In this document: piece by piece, positions 38,697 to 45,833 of the stretch | Layout: each line of letters opens with the position of its first letter | How positions within the stretch are numbered: position 1 is the first letter of the stretch | DNA from: a virus | DNA length: 64,000 nt | IMG/VR virus record: IMGVR_UViG_3300005613_000006 | Location: 32,001-96,000 of that record | Reading direction: 5' to 3' (one strand) | Notes under the pieces: generated by a model | What the model was told of the DNA's origin: nothing | Seen by the model: only the letters and a program-made list of their open reading frames with translations | The model's database searches: none | Translations under genes and position numbers: made by a program

Positions 38697-39492
38697 GTCT
38701 CTCCCTTAGTTTTCGTTGCACAGTTTGCCAGTCTTCTCTCCAGCGGGCTTCCTTTACGGTGTCAGTTGCGTTGAAGCCTGTCACGGTGTAGACTTGCAAC
38801 GCTTCTGGAATATGGATAGCTGCATAGCGTTCGGTAATCCGCAGCCACAAGTCCCAATCTTCACACGTTCGTAAATCCTCATCATATACTCCAACTTCAT
38901 CCAAAGCCTTCTTGCTGATAAGCGGTGAGTTGGAAATGATGTTCTCTCTCTCAAGTTTCGAGCGATGAAACGGCTGGCGAAATTCGTGCATTATGACGCC
39001 AGTGTGCAGATTGTTAATCAGTACATCGCTGTATACCATGCCAATACGGTCGGTATCTTTAACCCACTGGTCGATGGATTTCTGTAGTTTGCCGGGGAGC
39101 CATTCATCGTCAGCATCGAGGACGCCGTATACGTCAGTCATGTTCCAGCCAAACTTGATGCCGATATTGCGAGCCGCCGAAGGCCCGGTCGGCTGCTCAT
39201 TGCGGAAGAGGTATACTGGCCGATTGTCTACCAGTCCACCCAAGACGTTCTCCAACGGAGTCTCTATATATTCCTCAAAGAGTTCACAGACACGCTCATG
39301 TGAGTTGTCTTCGGAGCCATCGTCTATGACGCACACAATCAAGTGGTCAAACTCTTGCTGTGTGGCACTTTGAATGGCTTGTTGTACGAAGTCGGCGTGG
39401 TTATGGCATGGGATTACCACGCACACAATCGGTTCTAGCGGCTTGGCATCGTCGGGACGATTTCCTCGACCGGCTTTATTAGATACTGACAT
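38683..39492 (-). CDS. Glycosyltransferase family 2
   Basis: VVIPCHN, IDDGSED, GPSAARNIG, LDADD, EDWDLWLR. Confidence 0.9.
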   Translation of the reverse strand: MSVSNKAGRGNRPDDAKPLEPIVCVVIPCHNHADFVQQAIQSATQQEFDHLIVCVIDDGSEDNSHERVCELFEEYIETPLENVLGGLVDNRPVYLFRNEQPTGPSAARNIGIKFGWNMTDVYGVLDADDEWLPGKLQKSIDQWVKDTDRIGMVYSDVLINNLHTGVIMHEFRQPFHRSKLERENIISNSPLISKKALDEVGVYDEDLRTCEDWDLWLRITERYAAIHIPEALQVYTVTGFNATDTVKEARWREDWQTVQRKLRERHGQQ

Positions 39493-40244
39493 TCTTGTTT
39501 CTCCGCTACTTTCTCAATCTTTTCAATGGCGTTTGTGTCGTCAATGCTCCCACGAACCAACTTCACGGTATTTCGCTGTAGAACAAAACCGTTGCCGTCG
39601 TCTAATCCTTTCAATACCAAGAAGCGCTGGAGTTGGTCATTCAGGAAGCTGTCAATGCAATACAGGAAGTTGTCGGGCGGCTCGTAGCCTGCGTAGAACA
39701 GGGCGAAGTATGTCGTCTTTGACTTTTGGGTAGCCAAGTCGATGTACTGCAAGTGCCCCTTCTTTTTACCCATGATAACTTCAAACTGCCAGGGTATTTC
39801 CAACGTGTTTGCCCAGTGGAAAAAATCGCTGGGGCGAATGTGTGGGTACGTCAGGAATATGATGCGATTTGGTTTTACTCTACCTCTCTTTAATGCTTCA
39901 ACTGTGCGAAGGGCATCGTCCAGAGTTTCATCTAAGCCAATAACAACCACAGCATCACACCGAAACGTGACTTCCTTACGGACTGCCACAGCACACTGGT
40001 CGAAATCAAGCAACTGTTTGTCGGTTGCCCACTTCTGAGGTCGGCAGTAGACGCACACACGTCCAGGCAACGTGTTGTATGTACGACCGTTCACGTCGGT
40101 TATCTCTTTGATTTTCGCGCCCTGGTCACGATAACGCTCCAGCACACGCATCTGACAGCCAACCTGTTTCTCGTCTTCCCAATCGACAAAAACACACTCA
40201 CTACAGATTGTCTCTACTTGTTCTTGTTCGTATTTTGCACTCAT
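39435..40244 (-). CDS. Hypothetical protein (Cys-motif N-terminus, degenerate GT-A-like C-terminus)
   Basis: CSECVF..GC...C.YCR; inside the sugar cluster. Confidence 0.45.
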   Translation of the reverse strand: MSAKYEQEQVETICSECVFVDWEDEKQVGCQMRVLERYRDQGAKIKEITDVNGRTYNTLPGRVCVYCRPQKWATDKQLLDFDQCAVAVRKEVTFRCDAVVVIGLDETLDDALRTVEALKRGRVKPNRIIFLTYPHIRPSDFFHWANTLEIPWQFEVIMGKKKGHLQYIDLATQKSKTTYFALFYAGYEPPDNFLYCIDSFLNDQLQRFLVLKGLDDGNGFVLQRNTVKLVRGSIDDTNAIEKIEKVAEKQECQYLIKPVEEIVPTMPSR

Positions 40245-40720
40245 GGTCTTTTAGCCTCCACGATGAAATGGTATCCTGTGACACGCTTTTTGATGATAGT
40301 CAATCCCATTGTCGCAAGAAAATTTGATAGACCCAAAGCTGTCAGCGTTATCTTCTTGACAAACTGTGGATTATCGGCGGCGTGTCCGTGCAAATGCGCG
40401 TTGGCTTGATGCACGTCAATCGCATAGGTTGTGAAACCCTTGCAGACCTCATACAAGTCGGTGCCTCCGATAATAAGTGTGCCACCGTGGCGCAGTTTGG
40501 CAACCCAGTGTGACAGTACATCCATCACAATATCTGCTGGCAGATAATCAATCACGTCGTTGGCAACGATTTCTGTGGCCTCGGCGTCGTCCACCCACGC
40601 ACTAAGTTTGAATGTTGGGTCACCAATCTTGAGTTCGTCCGTTTCCTCGGTAGCAAATGGACTGACATTTAGGTAACCGCTTCGCGGTTCCTCTTCTGTG
40701 TACAACAGGTTTATTCTCAT
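40241..40720 (-). CDS. Class I SAM-methyltransferase-like protein
   Basis: GYLNV, EIVANDVIDYL, W..KLRHGGTLII, VEAKRP; probable start MRINL. Confidence 0.6.
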   Translation of the reverse strand: MRINLLYTEEEPRSGYLNVSPFATEETDELKIGDPTFKLSAWVDDAEATEIVANDVIDYLPADIVMDVLSHWVAKLRHGGTLIIGGTDLYEVCKGFTTYAIDVHQANAHLHGHAADNPQFVKKITLTALGLSNFLATMGLTIIKKRVTGYHFIVEAKRP

Positions 40721-41727
40721 AGCGTCACCGCCTTCCTGAATATCTCGTCCCACTTATGTGTGAATCTTTCTAGCGAGAACTTCTCTTCTACAGTTCTACG
40801 TCCTGCCTCCCCAATCTCACGCGCCATAGTTGGGTTGTCCAACAGGGTTTGTGTGTACGCGCGCAACTCTTGAAGGTCGTTCGACACGAATCCATTGACT
40901 CCATGCTCAATCACAATCTCAGGAATGAGACACGTCGCCGTGGACACTACCGGAGTACCACACGCCATCGCTTCCAGAATAACAGTAGGAAGGGAGGACA
41001 CGGTTGTTGTGTTGAGGTAGACCGAGGCGGTGTTGTAGGCTTCAATCAGGGCCTCGACCGACTCAGCCGGTTCGGACAATCCTGGTGTACCGCCCAAAAC
41101 CTTGACTGGAATTATCGAGCCCTTGCCGGTAACTTGCTCCCAGATACGGTAGCCACAGCACCAATCCCTATTTATCCAGTCGTTACACACCGACAAAACT
41201 ACCTTTTCACGCTCCATATCCAGCGGTCGGAACATTTCCAGGTCAAGACCAGTGTGGTTCACTTCGCCGTGGTCGTCTGGGAAGCCCCAGGCTTGGCGAC
41301 CGTACTCGCTCACGAACACGTCAATGTCGCCACTCATTTCCCTGGCTTGCGCCTTCTGGACCTCAGTGTATTCCGGCATGGGCAGTGTATGTTCCATACT
41401 GATAAGTGGCACCTTCAATAGGTTGGATAACGCCTGCCCATACTGGAATTGTCCTACTTTGTTTTGTGATAGTATCACGTCAATGTCAACCCAGTGTGGA
41501 ATCTGGTCGTCGCCCATGCGCGAATCAAGCAGCATGTAGTTGGGTGGCACCGGAGCGTAGTCTTTGTTCCAGTCCTTAATCCCTTCTGCTCTCCACGCAT
41601 AGAAGTTGTGACCACACTGACACATCATGGTTTCGTAGCGCTCATGCGTCGGAAACGTCAGGATGTTCAAGGGTTCATCTTCGCCGCGCGTGGCGTAGCG
41701 AAGGAGTGTGTGTATTTGACTTGGCAT
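40717..41727 (-). CDS. Glycosyltransferase family 4 (GT-B)
   Basis: VFVSEY, GLDLEMFRP, LPTVILEAMACGTPVVST, IEHGVNGF, IGEAGRRTVEEKFS. Confidence 0.9.
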   Translation of the reverse strand: MPSQIHTLLRYATRGEDEPLNILTFPTHERYETMMCQCGHNFYAWRAEGIKDWNKDYAPVPPNYMLLDSRMGDDQIPHWVDIDVILSQNKVGQFQYGQALSNLLKVPLISMEHTLPMPEYTEVQKAQAREMSGDIDVFVSEYGRQAWGFPDDHGEVNHTGLDLEMFRPLDMEREKVVLSVCNDWINRDWCCGYRIWEQVTGKGSIIPVKVLGGTPGLSEPAESVEALIEAYNTASVYLNTTTVSSLPTVILEAMACGTPVVSTATCLIPEIVIEHGVNGFVSNDLQELRAYTQTLLDNPTMAREIGEAGRRTVEEKFSLERFTHKWDEIFRKAVTL

Positions 41728-42063
41728 TCAATCTTCCTTCCTGTGAATCTGCAACATACGACCATCTTGCAAAGCAATTTCTCCTGGTCTCTTTCCATGC
41801 CCACAACAACTTCCCCTCATATCAATGCCTGCGGCTTGTAGCGCGGCTACTATTGGGGCAACACATGCGTCGATTTGTGCAAATTTCCATTTTTCTTTTC
41901 CGGTACAACTTAGGTCGGCGGGAATCTTGACGTATACACCAACGGGCTGTTTTCCACATCGCTTACACGGGCGAACACCGGCTGTTTCACCTGTGTCTAC
42001 CCAGACCCATTGTGAACCATTCCACACAATTTCATGTCCGTGTGATTCGCTAGTTGCTGTCAT
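41728..42063 (-). CDS. Hypothetical Cys-rich protein (IDxC...AL...GI....SCCGH motif)
   Basis: RPCKRCGK plus IDACVAPIVAALQAAGIDMRGSCCGHG. Confidence 0.55.
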   Translation of the reverse strand: MTATSESHGHEIVWNGSQWVWVDTGETAGVRPCKRCGKQPVGVYVKIPADLSCTGKEKWKFAQIDACVAPIVAALQAAGIDMRGSCCGHGKRPGEIALQDGRMLQIHRKED

Positions 42064-42542
42064 TGAAAATCTGCTTTTAATATCCTCTTGGCCGCTTCTC
42101 TATCCATCATTGCAAGGCTCAAATCTACGTTATGTTCTTCCCAGCCGTAAAAGCCAGCACGTCGCGGTTCGCCTATCCCAAATACTTTTTGAACAGCGGC
42201 TTCACTGACAATACCGTGGTCTCTAGCCAGTAGGATTTCCCTTCGAGTCTGCTCATCCATTTGGTCACACCCCCAGAGGCGCATCTCTTCCATTGCCTCG
42301 GGGCTAACGAACAAGTCGTTTAACTTTGAGGTATCTGGTTGGGGCAGCTTGGCAGTACGCTCAAGAATCTCTCGTAGCTCTTGCTTAGATAGAGTCCGAC
42401 AATCACATAGGAGACCTGGGCCAGGATTGGGGTTCCACCCATCATCAGTCACAACCACCTTCGGTGTTTCTTCGGCCTTGACCAGCGCTGCCGGTGCAAG
42501 CAGGGCAGCCACACAGGCTTTGAGAAAGTTACGTCTTTGCAT
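42060..42542 (-). CDS. Tat-signal protein carrying major-capsid-protein-derived segments
   Basis: MQRRNFLK plus hydrophobic h-region plus VKA; aa 73-108 match MCP 201-236 (26/36 identical) and aa 127-137 match MCP 310-320 (10/11). Confidence 0.8.
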   Translation of the reverse strand: MQRRNFLKACVAALLAPAALVKAEETPKVVVTDDGWNPNPGPGLLCDCRTLSKQELREILERTAKLPQPDTSKLNDLFVSPEAMEEMRLWGCDQMDEQTRREILLARDHGIVSEAAVQKVFGIGEPRRAGFYGWEEHNVDLSLAMMDREAAKRILKADFQ

Positions 42543-43134
42543 GGTCTTTGTCCTTCAAAAAGTCTAACGGAAACTCAGGACAAGCCATAGGCGGAAGCCG
42601 TTGAATGTCAAACCCTTTTGTGTCCTCAACAAACTGCATGTAGTCTGCTACATATCTATCAGCGGCTTTCTGGTCCACAATCTCAATCTCCGAAGTAACC
42701 TCTACCGGAAAGTCTACCATTCGGTGGTACGGCGCGCGGCGTCCAAGTTCCCAAAGTTCTTCCCTCTCCATCTGTTCGACTGTCTTCCACTGATGGTGAG
42801 CAAGCATGTCTGAAAATTCACCATCGGGCACTATACATTTGTCAATGTCCTCCTCTTTGAAGACGGCGTTAGGGCGATAGTCTTGATATACGCGCTCACA
42901 CTCTTCCAAAAACGCTTTCAGTCCCTCGTTGGCATGGTTTGTTGCCTCGATATTCTTCTCGAAACTCTTTCTCAGCAGACTCATAGCCCGCTCAACACCC
43001 TCCCACCGTGGTTCTTTGACGTTATCCAGCACAAAATCAACTGGTGGTTCAGGCTTTGCAGTCACGGTCTTGACCAACGCTAGCGGAGCCAGCAGGGCAG
43101 CCGCCGCAGCCTTTAGGAAACCTCTTCGTTCCAT
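42529..43134 (-). CDS. Tat-signal protein carrying tail-tube- and MCP-derived segments
   Basis: MERRGFLK plus h-region; aa 124-150 match tail tube 247-273 (21/27), aa 33-60 match MCP 116-143 (12/28), aa 180-193 match MCP 62-75 (10/14). Confidence 0.8.
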   Translation of the reverse strand: MERRGFLKAAAAALLAPLALVKTVTAKPEPPVDFVLDNVKEPRWEGVERAMSLLRKSFEKNIEATNHANEGLKAFLEECERVYQDYRPNAVFKEEDIDKCIVPDGEFSDMLAHHQWKTVEQMEREELWELGRRAPYHRMVDFPVEVTSEIEIVDQKAADRYVADYMQFVEDTKGFDIQRLPPMACPEFPLDFLKDKDHAKT

Positions 43135-44378
43135 TTGTCTATTCCTTCGATGCTGTGTTGTTGAGTTACGTCTACCAGTCTCCCCTTGCCAGACCAGTAT
43201 TGATAATATGGTCCTTTACTCCCCAGTTCTCCCTCAAGGGCTTCCTTCATTTGCTCGCCCACCGCTTGATAGGAGAAGTCATAAGCGCGGTCAATACCAA
43301 TGTCAGCCCTTTGTTTTCTTTTATCCTCCTGCTCGAACGCTTCACGCATGGCTCTCTGCAATCCGCGAATGCTGATGCTTTCCCAATTCTCGTTTCCTTG
43401 GAAAAGGTCGGGCATGATGTTGTCGGCGGTCATACCGAAACAGGGCTCTGTGTGTGTGGGAACCAACCACCCGCCCAAACCGCCACCCTTTTCTCCAGCG
43501 GGTCGGTAGATGAATTCGCTCATGCCTCCAACTTGAGAACAGATTGGAGTCTTTCCCATTGCCATAGCGTCAAACGCTGGGATACACCAGCTTTCACCAT
43601 AGGACGGCATCACGAAGCAGTCACACGTATTGTGTAGCATCATCATCTTCTGTTCGTCAAACCGTTGCGTGATGATGATTTCGCCAAGGAAATCATCCTC
43701 GTTGGGATACAGCTTCAACTCTCGTTTGATTTGGACACAGATTTCCTGCACATGTTTGTCGCACTCGCCAGCGGGCATACCGCTTAGATTAGCCTTAATC
43801 ACTAGCGTAACAGGCTCCGACTTACGGAATTCTAAATGATAGGCTTTCAGCAGAGCGGCCAAGTTCTTGCGCCTCGTCACTTCGCCAATCGTGTAGAACA
43901 CAAACTTGCCGCGAAGTTGTGGTATCTTGATTTTCTCGTAGTGACGAGCATACTTGCTTGGGTCACATGGAACTGGCATCACACGCATTGGTCTTTGAAC
44001 ATAACTGTTGGTCGAAGCGCGTAGCATTTGTTCATTGCATACCCATGCTTCATCCATCAAGTTCAATCGCTCGGCCCAGAAGGCGTTGCGGAAGTGGCTG
44101 GTTTCACTATGGAACAACCCGATATTCTTATCAAAGTGTCCACAGTAATCCATCATGTGTGGCAGTATATGTTGAATCACAACATCACAGCCTTCATCAC
44201 TCTGGGCTTCCAGTTCTACGATACGCTCTGGCACTTCAACCTCGGCGTCGTTCAACTTGATTGGTCGAGGCACAACCTCAACGCCTGCGGCATCCAGTGC
44301 GAGGATGTAGTTTTCAGCCGCGTGACTCCATCCGGTGCCATCTCGATAAACACCCAAAAATAAAACTTTATTTGACAT
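43113..44378 (-). CDS. Glycosyltransferase family 4
   Basis: TGWSHAA..Y..AL, FYTIGE..RRKNL, DCFVMPSYGESWCIPAFDAMAMGK. Confidence 0.88.
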   Translation of the reverse strand: MSNKVLFLGVYRDGTGWSHAAENYILALDAAGVEVVPRPIKLNDAEVEVPERIVELEAQSDEGCDVVIQHILPHMMDYCGHFDKNIGLFHSETSHFRNAFWAERLNLMDEAWVCNEQMLRASTNSYVQRPMRVMPVPCDPSKYARHYEKIKIPQLRGKFVFYTIGEVTRRKNLAALLKAYHLEFRKSEPVTLVIKANLSGMPAGECDKHVQEICVQIKRELKLYPNEDDFLGEIIITQRFDEQKMMMLHNTCDCFVMPSYGESWCIPAFDAMAMGKTPICSQVGGMSEFIYRPAGEKGGGLGGWLVPTHTEPCFGMTADNIMPDLFQGNENWESISIRGLQRAMREAFEQEDKRKQRADIGIDRAYDFSYQAVGEQMKEALEGELGSKGPYYQYWSGKGRLVDVTQQHSIEGIDKWNEEVS

Positions 44379-44919
44379 GTTGAGTTACCTTCTTGCACAA
44401 TGCGACGAATTCATCATGTGTTAGATTCCATTTCATCGTCTGGATTGATTTGTATATCCAATGGATGTTATTTTTAGTGTAGCCTTTAGAAGAGTCGATG
44501 CGGTCTAATGACGCCAAGTTGTCTTTTTTGTTATCTCTTTTTGTTACACCCTTGGGTAGCGTTAAGCATAAGCCAGTATATGGACAAACGCCACCTTGTT
44601 TTATCCACTGTTTCCATAAGTCTTTTGGCATCACTTTGACAGCAATATCTCGCTTATTGGCATTTCGTTGGACACGATTAAAGTATGCGCCATATATCCC
44701 TTCGTGTCCAGAAAATCCAGATGCGTTTTTACCGCGAGATAGACAACCACAGCTTCGTGTTTTGTTGCCAGTTAAGTGATACTTCTTAACTTCTGTAGTA
44801 TTGCCACATTCACATTGACATAACCACCATTCGTGTCGCTTGCGTGTTTTTGCTATTTTGATTGCTGTTAATAGACCAAACTTCTGACCAGCAATGTCTT
44901 TCCAATTCTTGTGTCTCAT
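44368..44919 (-). CDS. HNH-family homing endonuclease
   Basis: GQKFGLLT, WLCQCECG, RSCGC, CPYTG, ASLDRIDSSKGY...NIHW; AT-rich. Confidence 0.85.
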   Translation of the reverse strand: MRHKNWKDIAGQKFGLLTAIKIAKTRKRHEWWLCQCECGNTTEVKKYHLTGNKTRSCGCLSRGKNASGFSGHEGIYGAYFNRVQRNANKRDIAVKVMPKDLWKQWIKQGGVCPYTGLCLTLPKGVTKRDNKKDNLASLDRIDSSKGYTKNNIHWIYKSIQTMKWNLTHDEFVALCKKVTQHVK

Positions 44920-44927
44920 TGTACTTC

Positions 44928-44974
44928 TCCGTGTTGATGTAATGTACCCAATATATTATACACCAAACTACGGA
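44928..44974 (-). promoter_or_regulatory. Promoter TGGTGTATAAT (44965-44955) within an RBS-sequestering hairpin
   Basis: Minus strand TCCGTAGTTTGGTGTA pairs with TACATCAACACGGA, covering most of the RBS GGAG. Confidence 0.65.
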
Positions 44975-44983
44975 CTGGGGACA

Positions 44984-45406
44984 TTATTTGAGAACCTCAA
45001 GAACCTCATCCATGTTGATGCAAATATGGTCACACATTTTGACCATCAACTCTGGTTCACCATTGTCCAAAAGTAGGATGGTGAACTTGCCAGCCCCGGC
45101 TCCCCAACCCAGTTCAAGCGAAGCCGACCGACCAAACGGCTGTACCGCCACGATAGTGTCGCACCATTCCAGCGCGTCCATGTCTCGCGCGAAACCGAAT
45201 TCTGCAAGGTGGTGCGTCAATTTGTCCCGATACTGTTCCGGTGTCCACGACTGCCAGTCTGGGTCAATTTGTGACCAATGAAATCCGCTGTCGCCTTGAC
45301 GTGGATGGCGGAAATCGTATACATCATGCCCAGCGTTGTGAAGTAGTCGCACTACTTCGGGTTGGCGTTCATTGCGCCATGAACTTGCTACGTAAATCTT
45401 ACTCAT
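44984..45406 (-). CDS. Nucleoside 2-deoxyribosyltransferase-like (NDT/DNPH1-like) protein
   Basis: KIYVASSWRN, F..D..AL..CD, GRSA.LELGW..G.GK. Confidence 0.65.
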   Translation of the reverse strand: MSKIYVASSWRNERQPEVVRLLHNAGHDVYDFRHPRQGDSGFHWSQIDPDWQSWTPEQYRDKLTHHLAEFGFARDMDALEWCDTIVAVQPFGRSASLELGWGAGAGKFTILLLDNGEPELMVKMCDHICINMDEVLEVLK

Positions 45407-45407
45407 G

Positions 45408-45833
45408 TTACACCTGTGCGTGAAATGGGTCTAGCCCTTGGTCTCGTAAAATGGCACAGCCTTGCATGAGCGGGGCGGGCACATGTTCCCACCTGTACCA
45501 ATCCCAATACTCACACTTGTCTTTCTCCATCACTTTCGGTTCTCCCTCTATGTAATCACAAACATAGAAGAGAACTACGTAATGTTTTCCTTCGTCGTAA
45601 AAGCGGGTGTTGGTCATCGCCCAAAACTTAGGATGAGTAACCTTTATATCTTCCCCGGCCTCTTCGCGTAGCTCTCGAATGGCTGTCTCGGCAGGGTCTT
45701 CCCACATTTCCAAGTGGCCTCCAGCAAAGGCGTGAGTCCCTGGCGCATGGTCCCCTTTACGTTTGTGCATCAGCACACTACTATCCGAATGACGACGAAC
45801 CACACACGCAACTCCAACTAATGGCCTATCCAT
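45408..45833 (-). CDS. Nudix hydrolase (NUDT15/MutT-like)
   Basis: Nudix box GGHLEMWEDPAETAIRELREEAG; RP.VGV, KHYV, EP...E..KC..W.W. Confidence 0.9.
   Translation of the reverse strand: MDRPLVGVACVVRRHSDSSVLMHKRKGDHAPGTHAFAGGHLEMWEDPAETAIRELREEAGEDIKVTHPKFWAMTNTRFYDEGKHYVVLFYVCDYIEGEPKVMEKDKCEYWDWYRWEHVPAPLMQGCAILRDQGLDPFHAQV

Noticed and set aside
42060-43134. Assembly chimera or diversity-generating retroelement as the source of the MCP/tube-like segments
   Set aside because: DNA differs at many synonymous positions and not specifically at adenines, and no reverse transcriptase is in the window; similarity is stronger at protein level.
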